Positions 35,586 through 45,666 of a stretch of DNA of 64,000 bases are shown one piece after another. The position numbers and the translations under genes are program-made. The stretch is from Bacteroidia bacterium. GTDB taxonomy: Bacteria > Bacteroidota > Bacteroidia > UBA4408. The stretch covers positions 173 through 64,172 of the forward strand of contig JBILVQ010000001.1 in the NCBI GenBank assembly GCA_044370375.1. The letters run 5' to 3'. The notes under the pieces were generated by a model. That model saw nothing but the letters and a program-made list of their open reading frames with translations, made no database searches and was not told where the DNA came from. Numbering within the stretch: position 1 is the first letter of the stretch; each line of letters opens with the position of its first letter.

Positions 35586-36233
35586 TTACGAAAAAAAATT
35601 CCCTCTAATGGCCTTGGAAACTGCCTCTGTGTTGGAGTTTACCTGCAATTTTTCATATATTCTTTTGATATGAGTGCGAACAGTTTCTATCCCAATGCAA
35701 AGTTCTGAAGCAATCATTTTGTAACTTAATCCGTTGACAAGACATTTTAAAACTTCCAACTCGCGGGGCGATAAATTGTTTTCTTGTATTTTTTCTTTCC
35801 CCTTGCCTGAAAAATACTGCACCACTTTTTTAGCAATTGAAGAGGTCATAGGGGCACCGCCCATCGATGCCTCCCTGATGGCCTCAATGATTTTTGCAGG
35901 TGGTGATTTCTTAAGCAAATAACCAGAGGCTCCTGCCCGCATTGAGTCAAATATCCTGTCCTCATCCTCAAAAACGGTTAGCATAATAATCTCAACCTGA
36001 GGTCTTACTTTTTTTATTTGCTTTACTCCCTCAATGCCGCTTTGGCCTGGCATATCTATATCCATTAGGATTACATCGGGCTTCAAATTCTCGGCATGCA
36101 CGGCTGCCTCCAAACAATTAGAAAAGGCCCCTGCCACATGAATGCCAGGGGTTAATCGTAGTAATTGGATGAGACCGTTTCTGATTTCATCGTTGTCGTC
36201 AAAAATCATTAAACTTATCTTGTTCATCGACAC
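35586..36233 (-). CDS. Response regulator, NarL/FixJ (LuxR) family
   Basis: A receiver domain (IFDDNDEIRNGL...DVILMDIDMPG) is followed by a LuxR-type HTH (LSPRELEVLKCLVNGLSYKMIASELCIGIETVRTHIKRIYEKL). Confidence 0.85.
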   Translation of the reverse strand: MSMNKISLMIFDDNDEIRNGLIQLLRLTPGIHVAGAFSNCLEAAVHAENLKPDVILMDIDMPGQSGIEGVKQIKKVRPQVEIIMLTVFEDEDRIFDSMRAGASGYLLKKSPPAKIIEAIREASMGGAPMTSSIAKKVVQYFSGKGKEKIQENNLSPRELEVLKCLVNGLSYKMIASELCIGIETVRTHIKRIYEKLQVNSNTEAVSKAIRGNFFS

Positions 36234-36283
36234 GAATTTTTATTCAAAGTTAAGCCTTACCATCAATAGTATTTGTCCCCAAT

Positions 36284-39200
36284 TTAGGGGATGGGAATTT
36301 GGAAAACGAATTTTGTTCCACTTCCTTCCATCGAATTTATTTGTAATTTACCTTTAATTGCTGTTGTTCTTTCTTTGATATTTCTTAGCCCGTTTCTTTT
36401 GCTTTCTTTTTCCGGATCAAATCCTATTCCATTATCGGAAATGGTTAGCATTAGCCTTTTGTCGTTAATTTCAATGGAAACATCAATGATTTTACACTTG
36501 GAATGTTTACAGGCATTGTTGATTATTTCTTTGAAAATTAGATAAATATTTTTTCTTAGGAGCATGTTGAGTTTGGTGTCCTGAAAGTTTTCAGGGGTTA
36601 CTTTAAAATTTAATTGTATGTTATAATATTCGGTGTTTTCATTCGCCTGCTCCCTCATTCTGACGATCATGTTTTTAAGGCCATCTTCTTTAGGATTTAT
36701 CGCCCATACAATATCATCCATTACGTTTAGCATTTTTTGAGCATTACCACCAATTTGTTCGCTTATTTTCTTTCCTTCGGTTTCTTTGTCATTGAGCGTA
36801 TACTTCAACGTTTCACTTAACAAGGAAATACTGCTTAAGGTGGAACCAACTTCATCATGCAAATCGCGCGAAATGTTATTTCTTAGTCCTTGCAATTCCA
36901 TAATTCTCCTTAACCGGATTCGATAGGTAAGATAGAATACAAAGCCTGTTAGGGAAACTAAAATAAAATAAAACCACCATTGATAATACCAGGGGGCAGA
37001 TACGAAGAAATTAAATTCCCTGATAACACTACTCCATGTTTGTCCATCTAGAGTGTAAGCCAACTCAAAACAAAATTCTCCAGCGGGTAAATCAACATAG
37101 GTTACCGTGTTTTCAAAAGTATAGTTCCAATCCTTTTCCAGTCCGCTTAAACGATATTTGTACTTAACCAACTGTGACTGGTTGAAGGTGAAAGAGCTAA
37201 AGGATATTTGTGTATTGCTTTTTCTAAATCCAAGCTTTAGCTTTGTTTGATATTGGGAAGGAGGGATGGTTTTTTGATTTATGACAAGGTCGGTAATGGC
37301 GGGTGGAGTTAGTTTTACTTTTTGATTGGCTTGTGCAAGATCGAATCCGAAAATCTTTTCGCCATCATGAAAAATTAGTTTGTTTTGTCCTGCAATGTGA
37401 TGAATATTTCCGGTGGTTGTTTTTATTCCATTTCCCGAAAGTCCTTCGAAAAACCTTATTTGCTTGTCGCGTGTGTTGAATTGAATGAGTCCCGAATGGT
37501 ATGTCATCCATAGGGTTGAATCTATTTTTAGGAAGCCATTGATCATTTTGCTGGGTAAACCATTGATCCTTGAATACAGTTTTTTGCGCATGGTTTTTAA
37601 TTCCACTTCATAAAATCCCTCTGAAGAAGTATTGGAATAGAGATGCTTTGAATCATGAATAAATTTACCACCCACATTCGAAGAATCGTAATGTACAACC
37701 CTTGCTGTTTTTTTGTTCACATCCATCCACCCTCGATTGGTAATAAACCTGATTTTTTCATGATCAATATTTATTCCTCCATATACCCCGTAACCCCTGT
37801 TCTCTTTCATCTTTACCGGTGTGTTTACAGCCGTAACTTTTTTATATGGGATGTTTAATTTTAAAATATTTTCCTTGTCCCACCACCATCTCGATAACCA
37901 CACTACGGAATCTCCTTGCTCATCGACTTTCATTACCGGTGATTTTTTGAAATGATCCGTTTTAGTAAATGTTATTTCCTTTTTTTTATTCAAATCAAGA
38001 AAGGAAAATGCCTTTGTTCTCTGAAGGTAAATGCGTTGATAAGAAGAGGAAGAAATATTCCACAATTCGCCTGCTTCCATATTGTAAATTAATGGGAAGG
38101 TGCTACGTACACTCCATGAAGGATCAACAATTAAAAGCGTTTGATTGTCTGCAATAGCTAAATCTCCATTGTTGAGTTTTGTCATGGATGCGATATGGGT
38201 TAAGCCTAATTTTTTTGCATCATTTTCATAAGTATAGGTTGGCTTATTTAGGCTTAATTTTGAAATGCCTTCGCGGTGACCAATCCACAAAACATTGTTG
38301 CGGTCGAGCATCAAGCAATTCAATTCATTCGATTGAATGGAATTTGGATCGCCTGGGCGAATTGTGTAGTGATAATATTGACCCGTTTTTAAGTGATATT
38401 CGTAAAGTCCGGAGGCTGTAGCAATCCACATGCGATTGTCGCCATCTTCTTGAAAGTCGGAGGGTAAGGTTTCGAATTTTTCTCCTTCAAGACCGGTAAA
38501 TTTCATGCTGTCTGATTTCTTTTGGGTTAAATCAATTTTAAAGAAAGCAGGAAACCAATAGTCAATCCATAGATGATTGTTTTGGTCAATTTCTAAATCA
38601 ATGACTGCCTTCCCATCTCTGTTTTTTTGTGCCAGTTCAGCATTGAAAATGAAGTCATATTCACTATAATTTTTGTAAGAAATGAATTTTTTTTCTCCTT
38701 TTTTTAGGATGTTCAAACCACTCAGGGTTCCCAGAAATAAATTCCCGTTTCGATCAATAGCAATACTGCTGGTGAAATCGTTGGATAGCCCCGAGTTTTC
38801 TACCGTGAATTTTTTAATCAGTTTTTGATGCTGAAAAAGAAACAGTCCTGCCCGGGTTGAAACAAGGATGCTGTCTTTACCCCAACCGGCAACGCAGGTA
38901 ATACCCATGGCATCGCCATTGAATTGTGGATGTGTGGTTTGATTGTAGTTTTTTACCTCAAGGGTCTGGGTATTAAATATGGTTAATCCCCCGGTAAAAG
39001 TGCCAATCCAAAGATTTTCCTCTTCATCTTCATAGAGGGTAGAAATTCTACCTGAAGCAATGCTTTGGTTAGGACGCATGGGATCATGTTCAAATTTTTT
39101 GAATTGATGCCCGTCATACCTTAATAAACTTTCATCATTTCCTATCCAGATGAATCCCTGATGGTCTTGCAACAAACAATTCACACCACCGAATTCTAGT

Positions 39201-39301
39201 CCATCTTGTAAACTTAAATGGGTAAAGTATGGGTTTACCTGCGATAACCCATTCAACCATTGAAAACAAAGTAGGATGATTATCCCAAATGACTTTTTCA
39301 T
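36284..39301 (-). CDS. Sensor histidine kinase with periplasmic two-component-regulator beta-propeller/Y_Y_Y domains, one TM helix, and HisKA_3 plus HATPase_c
   Basis: The architecture is a signal peptide, about 750 aa of propeller repeats, a TM helix (WWFYFILVSLTGFVFYL), and then the H-box (DLHDEVGSTLSSISLL) and ATPase motifs (DNGIGFD, GLRNIKERTTAIKGKL). It is paired with the adjacent LuxR-type response regulator. Confidence 0.8.
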   Translation of the reverse strand: MKKSFGIIILLCFQWLNGLSQVNPYFTHLSLQDGLEFGGVNCLLQDHQGFIWIGNDESLLRYDGHQFKKFEHDPMRPNQSIASGRISTLYEDEEENLWIGTFTGGLTIFNTQTLEVKNYNQTTHPQFNGDAMGITCVAGWGKDSILVSTRAGLFLFQHQKLIKKFTVENSGLSNDFTSSIAIDRNGNLFLGTLSGLNILKKGEKKFISYKNYSEYDFIFNAELAQKNRDGKAVIDLEIDQNNHLWIDYWFPAFFKIDLTQKKSDSMKFTGLEGEKFETLPSDFQEDGDNRMWIATASGLYEYHLKTGQYYHYTIRPGDPNSIQSNELNCLMLDRNNVLWIGHREGISKLSLNKPTYTYENDAKKLGLTHIASMTKLNNGDLAIADNQTLLIVDPSWSVRSTFPLIYNMEAGELWNISSSSYQRIYLQRTKAFSFLDLNKKKEITFTKTDHFKKSPVMKVDEQGDSVVWLSRWWWDKENILKLNIPYKKVTAVNTPVKMKENRGYGVYGGINIDHEKIRFITNRGWMDVNKKTARVVHYDSSNVGGKFIHDSKHLYSNTSSEGFYEVELKTMRKKLYSRINGLPSKMINGFLKIDSTLWMTYHSGLIQFNTRDKQIRFFEGLSGNGIKTTTGNIHHIAGQNKLIFHDGEKIFGFDLAQANQKVKLTPPAITDLVINQKTIPPSQYQTKLKLGFRKSNTQISFSSFTFNQSQLVKYKYRLSGLEKDWNYTFENTVTYVDLPAGEFCFELAYTLDGQTWSSVIREFNFFVSAPWYYQWWFYFILVSLTGFVFYLTYRIRLRRIMELQGLRNNISRDLHDEVGSTLSSISLLSETLKYTLNDKETEGKKISEQIGGNAQKMLNVMDDIVWAINPKEDGLKNMIVRMREQANENTEYYNIQLNFKVTPENFQDTKLNMLLRKNIYLIFKEIINNACKHSKCKIIDVSIEINDKRLMLTISDNGIGFDPEKESKRNGLRNIKERTTAIKGKLQINSMEGSGTKFVFQIPIP

Positions 39302-39381
39302 TTCTCAGGCTAAATTGTAAAAATTTATTGTACCCACATGGTTTTTTTCTAATCTTGCTACCTTCGCATCAAATATCTGCT

Positions 39382-39798
39382 ATGTCTGATCAGGAATTTA
39401 ACTCATCCAAAGCGCCCGAGCCTGTGGGGCTTTATCCTCATGCCCGCAAAGTTGGCAATCTGTTATTTCTTTCCGGTGTTGGTCCTCGTGAAAGAGGTAC
39501 AAAAAAAATTCCGGGGGTTGACCTTGATACTTTTGGAAATATCCTGTCTTATAGTATTGAAGAGCAATGCCATAGTGTTTTTAGAAATGTTCGTTACATT
39601 TTGGAAGATGCCGGCAGCTCATGGGATAAAATAGTGGATGTAACGGTTTACTTAACCAACATGAAAGACGATTTTCCTACTTACAATCGCCTGTGGGCCG
39701 AATATTTTAAGGAGAATCCCCCGTGTCGTACTACTTTGGAAATCAATTGTTTACCAACGCCCATTGCGATTGAACTAAAGGTTATAGCAACGCTTTAG
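39382..39798 (+). CDS. RidA/YjgF/TdcF-family reactive-intermediate deaminase
   Basis: Features include APEPVGLYPHARKVGNLLFLSGVGP, VDVTVYLTNMKDDFPTYNRLWAEYF and RTTLEI. The ORF track starts at 39289, overlapping the HK gene. The internal ATG at about 39382 (MSDQEF) fits the family length of 138 aa. Confidence 0.75.
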   Translation: MSDQEFNSSKAPEPVGLYPHARKVGNLLFLSGVGPRERGTKKIPGVDLDTFGNILSYSIEEQCHSVFRNVRYILEDAGSSWDKIVDVTVYLTNMKDDFPTYNRLWAEYFKENPPCRTTLEINCLPTPIAIELKVIATL

Positions 39799-39921
39799 AT
39801 TTCTTGTTGACCCTTGATTGTTAGGGAATTATGAATTTTTGTGAACAGAAGTTTTTACAGGGGGTTCAGGTATTCCAAAAAATTGTAAATTCGCAGGCTT
39901 TTATAAAAAGCAGGCGAAAAA

Positions 39922-42900
39922 ATGTCAAAATCTTATCCTGAATACAAGCAACTCAACCTTCCGGCAATTACAGCCGAAATCCTGAGTTTTTGGGAACAGC
40001 ATGATATATTTGGTGAGTCTGTGCGGTTGCGGGAGGGAAACCCATCTTTTGTTTTCTATGAAGGTCCTCCTTCCGCCAATGGAATGCCCGGAATCCATCA
40101 TGTGATGGCACGCACCATCAAAGATATTTTTTGTCGCTATCAAACCATTCTGGGTAAACAGGTTCACCGAAAGGCCGGTTGGGATACCCATGGTCTTCCT
40201 ATTGAATTGGCGGTTGAAAAAACACTTGGCATTACCAAGGAAGACATCGGCAAATCAATTTCTGTTGAAGATTACAACAAAGCTTGCCGCACTGAGGTAA
40301 TGAAGTACACCGATCAGTGGGAGGAACTTACCCGCCAAATGGGGTACTGGGTTGATATGAAAGACCCTTACATAACCTACGACAATAAGTATATTGAGTC
40401 GGTTTGGTGGTTGTTAGGTCGTTTGTTTGACAAAGGCCTGCTCTACAAGGGTTATACCATTCAGCCCTATTCTCCTGCCGCAGGTACAGGCCTTTCATCG
40501 CACGAGTTAAATCAACCCGGATGTTACCGTCAGGTCAAAGACAGGACCGCAGTGGCTATGTTTGAGCTTATTCAGGATGACTCTTCAAAAAAATTATGGT
40601 TAGAAGGTGTTCAAGAGGTTTTTTTCCTGGCTTGGACAACCACGCCATGGACCCTTCCCTCCAATACTGCCCTCGCTGTTGGCCCCGAAATTCAATATGT
40701 TTCCGTTCATACCCTTCATCCCTTTACCGGAAAAGAAGTGGTGGTCATTTTGGCCGCACAATTATTGAACAAGTATTTCTCTAAAACCAATGAGGGGCTC
40801 CCGTTTGCTGATTATAAAATGGGTTCAAAGGATATTCCCTTTAAAGTGGTACAGGAAATCAAAGGGAGTGATTTAAAGGGCCTTTCTTACCACCAACTAT
40901 TACCATTTGCACAACCGGATTCAGGAGATGCTTTTAAGGTAATAGCCGGTGATTTTGTAACAACTGAAGATGGAACCGGTATTGTGCACATTGCTCCTAG
41001 CTTTGGTGCCGATGACTTTAAAGTGGCCAAACAAAATGGTATCGGTTCTCTAACGCTGGTTGATAAACGCGGAAGGTTTTTACCCGTAGTTTCCGACGGA
41101 ATTTTTCTTTACGGAAATGAATATGTTAAGGAAGCTTATCTCAATGAAGATGAGAAGCAATCCGAATTCCTTAAGCAAAAACAAATTCTTGAATCAGCCG
41201 GAAAAATTAAGGAATTAAAAAGTTATTTAAGTGTTGATGAACGAATTGTTCTGAAGTTGCAGGAAGAGGGCAAGCTTTTTAAAAAAGAAAGCTACGAACA
41301 CTCTTACCCGCACTGTTGGAGAACAGATAAACCGGTTCTTTACTATCCGCTCGATTCCTGGTTTGTAAAGATTCCTGAGGTTCGCCAGCGCATGGTTGAA
41401 CTCAACAAAACCATTCATTGGAAACCTGAATCAACCGGAACCGGCCGTTTTGGCAATTGGCTCGAAAACGCCAACGATTGGAATTTGTCCCGTTCACGTT
41501 TTTGGGGCATCCCTTTGCCTATTTGGCGAACCGAAGACGGTAGTGAATCAATTTGTATTTCTTCTGCAGAACAACTGCAGCATGAAATAAAGAAGTCTAT
41601 AGAAAGGGGAATAATGAAGACCAATCCATTGCATGATTTTGTGCCCGGAGATTTCTCTTCTTCCAATTATGCATCCTTCGATTTACATAAACCCTATGTA
41701 GATGATATTGTCCTTGTAGCTCCTTCCGGAAAACCCATGTACCGGGAAGCCGATTTAATTGATGTTTGGTTCGATTCAGGCGCAATGCCTTATGCACAAG
41801 TGCATTATCCTTTCGAGAATAAAGAAAGCGTAGATTCAGGAAAAGTTTTTCCCGCCGATTTTATTGCCGAAGGGGTTGACCAAACCAGAGGATGGTTTTA
41901 TACCCTGCATGCCATTGCAACACTTTGCTTCGATTCTGTTGCCTACAGAAATGTAATTTCTAACGGACTGGTTTTGGATAAAAACGGTAATAAAATGAGC
42001 AAACGCCTTGGCAATGCCGTTGACCCGTTTAGTACAATGTCCAAATATGGTACAGATGCCACCCGATGGTATATGATTACCAATGCTCAGCCTTGGGATA
42101 ATCTTAAGTTTGATGAAGAAGGTATTACCGAAGTACAAAGAAAATTCTTTGGTACGCTCTACAATACCTATGGCTTTTTTGCATTGTATGCGAATGTAGA
42201 TCAGTTTGTTTTTGATCCTTCTGCCCTCATCCCGGTTCAGCAAAGAACCGAATTAGATCGTTGGATTCTAAGTCGCTTAAACCACCTGGTGAAAGAGGTG
42301 AGGCTTGCCCTTGACGATTTTGAGCCAACAAAGGCAGCAAGGATGATTGAAGAATTCGTTGATCAACATCTTTCTAACTGGTATGTGCGTTTGGCCAGAA
42401 AAAGGTTTTGGAAAGGAGAAATGTCTTCCGATAAGTTAGCGGCCTACCAAACCCTTTTTGAAGCACTCATCACCTGCAGTCAGTTAATTTCTCCCTTTGC
42501 TCCGTTTTTTGCCGATTGGCTTTACCGAAACTTGAATAATCCTGCTGCTCATTCCTTAAACGGAAAGCATGCTGTTTTGGGTTATTCTTCTGTTCACCTT
42601 AGTTTGCTTCCTGTTGCCAATGAGTCGCAAATTGATTTGAATCTTGAGCGCAAAATGGACCTGGCGCAGAAAGTTTCGAGTCTTATTCTTTCTATTCGTA
42701 AAAAAGAGAACATAAGGGTTCGGCAACCACTCAATAAAATAAGAATTCCTTTGGTTCACCCGCAACTCGAAAAGGATATTTCTGAGGTTAAAGAGTTAAT
42801 CCTTTCTGAGGTGAATATCAAGGAAATTGAGTTTGTGAGTAGCGAAAATTCAGGGATGGTAAAAAACCTGAAATTGAATTTTAAAACCCTGGGAAAGAAA

Positions 42901-43392
42901 TTCGGAAAACAAATGAAGGCCATTCAGGAGTTTGCCTTGCAGAACAGCAACGAAGTAATCAGTGCTATTGAAAACCACGGGGAGTTTTCAATGAATCTGC
43001 CCGATGGAGCGGTAATTCTTTTGCCTGAGGACGTAGAAATAATTCCTGTTGACATCCCGGGTTGGAAAGTGCAAAACAGTGGTAGCCTTACCGTTGCCCT
43101 GGATGTAACCTTAACCCCAAAGCTGGTTCGGGAGGGAATTGCCCGCGAATTGGTAAACAGAATTCAAAATTTAAGAAAAGAAAAAGGGTTGAATGTTATC
43201 GACCTGATCAATGTGCAATTGGTTGACCAGCCTGTCTTGAGAGAGGCGGTAACCGAGAATTTGGAATATATTTGCACCCAAACCCTGACCAAAAATCTTC
43301 ATTGGGTTTCTTCTTCAGAAAACCCTGATGGTGTAGCGGTAGAATTAGATGAAACTGTTTCTACCATGATTTCTATAAATAAAGTAAGTTGA
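39922..43392 (+). CDS. ileS: Isoleucine--tRNA ligase (type 2)
   Basis: The HIGH-region variant is PSANGMPGIHHVM and the KMSKS motif is KMSKRLGN. Editing-domain and anticodon-binding regions are present. The length is 1156 aa. Confidence 0.9.
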   Translation: MSKSYPEYKQLNLPAITAEILSFWEQHDIFGESVRLREGNPSFVFYEGPPSANGMPGIHHVMARTIKDIFCRYQTILGKQVHRKAGWDTHGLPIELAVEKTLGITKEDIGKSISVEDYNKACRTEVMKYTDQWEELTRQMGYWVDMKDPYITYDNKYIESVWWLLGRLFDKGLLYKGYTIQPYSPAAGTGLSSHELNQPGCYRQVKDRTAVAMFELIQDDSSKKLWLEGVQEVFFLAWTTTPWTLPSNTALAVGPEIQYVSVHTLHPFTGKEVVVILAAQLLNKYFSKTNEGLPFADYKMGSKDIPFKVVQEIKGSDLKGLSYHQLLPFAQPDSGDAFKVIAGDFVTTEDGTGIVHIAPSFGADDFKVAKQNGIGSLTLVDKRGRFLPVVSDGIFLYGNEYVKEAYLNEDEKQSEFLKQKQILESAGKIKELKSYLSVDERIVLKLQEEGKLFKKESYEHSYPHCWRTDKPVLYYPLDSWFVKIPEVRQRMVELNKTIHWKPESTGTGRFGNWLENANDWNLSRSRFWGIPLPIWRTEDGSESICISSAEQLQHEIKKSIERGIMKTNPLHDFVPGDFSSSNYASFDLHKPYVDDIVLVAPSGKPMYREADLIDVWFDSGAMPYAQVHYPFENKESVDSGKVFPADFIAEGVDQTRGWFYTLHAIATLCFDSVAYRNVISNGLVLDKNGNKMSKRLGNAVDPFSTMSKYGTDATRWYMITNAQPWDNLKFDEEGITEVQRKFFGTLYNTYGFFALYANVDQFVFDPSALIPVQQRTELDRWILSRLNHLVKEVRLALDDFEPTKAARMIEEFVDQHLSNWYVRLARKRFWKGEMSSDKLAAYQTLFEALITCSQLISPFAPFFADWLYRNLNNPAAHSLNGKHAVLGYSSVHLSLLPVANESQIDLNLERKMDLAQKVSSLILSIRKKENIRVRQPLNKIRIPLVHPQLEKDISEVKELILSEVNIKEIEFVSSENSGMVKNLKLNFKTLGKKFGKQMKAIQEFALQNSNEVISAIENHGEFSMNLPDGAVILLPEDVEIIPVDIPGWKVQNSGSLTVALDVTLTPKLVREGIARELVNRIQNLRKEKGLNVIDLINVQLVDQPVLREAVTENLEYICTQTLTKNLHWVSSSENPDGVAVELDETVSTMISINKVS

Positions 43393-43411
43393 ACCAAAGT
43401 GATTAAATGCC

Positions 43412-44455
43412 ATGGCAAAAAAAATTGCAAACAAAAAGGGAAAGCCGGCAAAGGATAACAAAAAGAAACCTGTAGCTGCTGCAAAATCTTCCAAAAAGCC
43501 GGCTCCAAAACCAGCAAAGAAGGCGGAAACTAAACCTGCCAAAAAAGCGGTTTCAAAGCCCGCAAAAAAGGCTGCACCTGCTAAGAAGGCTGCTGTAAAG
43601 AAGGCGGCACCTGTAAAGAAAACCGCTGTAAAAGCAAAAGTTGCCAAAACGGTAACCAAAGCCTCCAAGACAGCAAAACCTGCTCCCAAGCCGGTAAAAA
43701 AAGCAGTTAAGCCTGTAGTGAAGGCAGTTTCAAAAGCCAAGGCTACTGCCGCAAGTCCCAAAAAAGCCAAGGCCGATTTGCTCGCTAAACCGGCACAGAA
43801 AATAGCCGCTAAAGCTGTAAGTAAGCCTGCTTCTAAAAAGGAGGAGAAACCCGTTGCTAAAGCCGTGGTTTCGGTAAAACCCGAAAAGGTAATGAAACCT
43901 GCTCCCCAACCAAGTCCCAAACCTTCTGTGAACCCACGCAAAACCGAAGTTGCTAAAGTAAAGGCGCAACCAAAGAAAGAAGAGTCTATGGTGGATGAAG
44001 ATGAAGACGATAAGCGTCCAATGCCTGCTCCGGTTGTTCCAAAGAAGGAAGAAGTGGTGGTGGATAGAAGTGGTTTCTTAACCAGAACAAAGTTTACAGA
44101 TGCTGAATTGTCTGAATTTAGAGATCTGATAAAAAAGAAGTTGGAATTCGCCATCAAGGATTACGAGTTGTTAAAGGATACCTTGTCGCATCGCGATAAC
44201 AATGGAACAGATGATACTTCTCCAACTTTTAAATTGCTCGAAGATGGATCAGAGGTTCTTTCAAAAGAGGAAACAACACAATTAGCGGTTCGTCAACAAA
44301 AGTACATTCAGTCGCTTGAAAATGCGCTTATTAGGATAGAGAACAAGACCTATGGCATTTGCAGGGCAACCGGCCAAATGATTAGCAAGGAACGTTTAAG
44401 AAGTGTACCCCATGCAACCCTGAGCATTCAGGCCAAATTGGATCAAAGCAATTAA
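43412..44455 (+). CDS. DksA/TraR-family protein with a long Lys/Ala/Pro-rich (histone H1-like) N-terminal extension and a degenerate zinc finger
   Basis: The C-terminal ~110 aa (FTDAELSEFRDLIKKKLEFA...NALIRIENKTYGICRATGQMISKERLRSVPHATLSIQ) aligns with the DksA/TraR coiled-coil plus C4 region, but only one Cys is present. The N-terminal ~220 aa are AKKA/KPAK-rich low complexity. It sits in the ileS to lspA position. Confidence 0.65.
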   Translation: MAKKIANKKGKPAKDNKKKPVAAAKSSKKPAPKPAKKAETKPAKKAVSKPAKKAAPAKKAAVKKAAPVKKTAVKAKVAKTVTKASKTAKPAPKPVKKAVKPVVKAVSKAKATAASPKKAKADLLAKPAQKIAAKAVSKPASKKEEKPVAKAVVSVKPEKVMKPAPQPSPKPSVNPRKTEVAKVKAQPKKEESMVDEDEDDKRPMPAPVVPKKEEVVVDRSGFLTRTKFTDAELSEFRDLIKKKLEFAIKDYELLKDTLSHRDNNGTDDTSPTFKLLEDGSEVLSKEETTQLAVRQQKYIQSLENALIRIENKTYGICRATGQMISKERLRSVPHATLSIQAKLDQSN

Positions 44456-44470
44456 CTATTTTCCCTTTCA

Positions 44471-44511
44471 AATGCATTGCCTCATCGCTAAGGTGAGGCA
44501 TGCATTTTTTT
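44471..44511 (+). terminator. Rho-independent terminator after the DksA/TraR-like gene
   Basis: A hairpin of ATGCATTGCCTCATC, a gctaa loop and GGTGAGGCATGCAT (about 13 bp with one bulge) is followed by a T-run of 7 or more. It lies immediately before the lspA start. Confidence 0.5.
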
Positions 44512-44512
44512 T

Positions 44513-45193
44513 ATGAAGCCCTATTTTAAACCTTTTTTGCTTGTTTTTTTGGTGCTGCTTTTCGACCAAGTCCTTAAAATTTGGATCAAAACAAACATGT
44601 ACCTTGGACAAGAATTTGTTATTTTTCCCGATTGGTTCATTATCCATTTTACAGAAAACAATGGAATGGCCTTTGGAATGGAATTAGCCGGTTCGGCCGG
44701 AAAGTTACTCTTGAGCATTTTTAGGGTGATAGCCATTGGAGGCATTGGTTACGGCCTTTATTATGTGGTAAAAAAGAAATTCCATCCGGGATTTATTACC
44801 TGCGTTGCTCTGGTTTTTGCAGGCGCATTGGGCAACTTGATTGACAGCGCTTTCTATGGCGTTATCTTTGGGGATAGCTATTCAGGGGTAGCTGAGGTAT
44901 TCCCAAAGGAAGGTGGCTATGCCGGTTATCTCCACGGCAAGGTGGTGGATATGCTCTATTTTCCCTTAATAGAGGGCCATTTTCCTCAATGGTTTCCAAT
45001 TTGGGCTGGTGAAGAGTTTATTTTCTTCAGGCCTGTATTTAATATTGCGGATATGTCTATTTCTACCGGAATGGGTCTGTTCATCTTGTTTCAGAACAGA
45101 TATTTTCCTGATCAAAAAATTAAAGAAGAGGAAAAATCTACGGATGCAGGTGCAACCGAAAACAATGACGAAACGGTAGAAAAACCCCTTTAA
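44513..45193 (+). CDS. lspA: Lipoprotein signal peptidase (signal peptidase II)
   Basis: There are four TM segments, with conserved Asn/Asp residues (FTENNGMAFG, NLIDSAFYG, FNIADMSI). It occupies the canonical position downstream of ileS. Confidence 0.8.
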   Translation: MKPYFKPFLLVFLVLLFDQVLKIWIKTNMYLGQEFVIFPDWFIIHFTENNGMAFGMELAGSAGKLLLSIFRVIAIGGIGYGLYYVVKKKFHPGFITCVALVFAGALGNLIDSAFYGVIFGDSYSGVAEVFPKEGGYAGYLHGKVVDMLYFPLIEGHFPQWFPIWAGEEFIFFRPVFNIADMSISTGMGLFILFQNRYFPDQKIKEEEKSTDAGATENNDETVEKPL

Positions 45194-45594
45194 GAGGTTC
45201 TTTTTCGCTGGCGGTCTAATACTTTTTTACGCTTGTCATCAGTAGAAGAGCTTTTGAAACTCAGCCACAAAGCAATTACCACAAGAATAATTACCATTAA
45301 TATCATGAACAGAGAGGTCCAGGTACTTTCGTTGGTCTTTACTATATCCTTGGCCTCACTGAAAACCCCTTTGATGGTTTTGTTTACCCCTGCGGCTGTA
45401 TCGGCTGACGCGGTGTCTGCTACGGCTTCCTGTGCAAATGAAATTGCCCCCGTAAATAATCCCTGAAGAAGGATTAAAATACCTGAAAGTGTCCATTTTG
45501 TTGGGATTTCCCTCAGATTTAATTCCGGAATTCGCATACCTGTCATAACTTTATTTTTAGAAAAACGCTTAAAAGTACAACATATTATCGACAA
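45190..45594 (-). CDS. Hypothetical small membrane protein
   Basis: It has a signal-like hydrophobic segment (LSGILILLQGLFTGAISFAQE), a C-terminal TM segment (LFMILMVIILVVIALWLSF) and a basic tail. It converges on lspA with a 4-nt overlap. The start codon is uncertain (alternatives are MTGMRIP and MRIPEL). Confidence 0.4.
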   Translation of the reverse strand: MSIICCTFKRFSKNKVMTGMRIPELNLREIPTKWTLSGILILLQGLFTGAISFAQEAVADTASADTAAGVNKTIKGVFSEAKDIVKTNESTWTSLFMILMVIILVVIALWLSFKSSSTDDKRKKVLDRQRKRTS

Positions 45595-45666
45595 ATCAAA
45601 GAATTAGCCATATTAAAATCTAAAAAAGCAGGTTTTGACATTTTTTAAAAAGTTTTTTCTACCTTT

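Noticed and set aside
35570-35600. A/T-only hairpin (TTTTTTT-acg-AAAAAAA) between the convergent TlpA-like and LuxR genes
   Set aside because: It has no GC stem. It could be a weak bidirectional terminator but is indistinguishable from a simple homopolymer spacer.
43345-44157. 270-aa minus-strand ORF rich in Ala/Gly/Phe, antisense to the KAP-rich gene
   Set aside because: It is the mirror image of the low-complexity Lys/Ala-rich coding region on the + strand. It has no start context or motifs and is an antisense artefact of the compositional bias.
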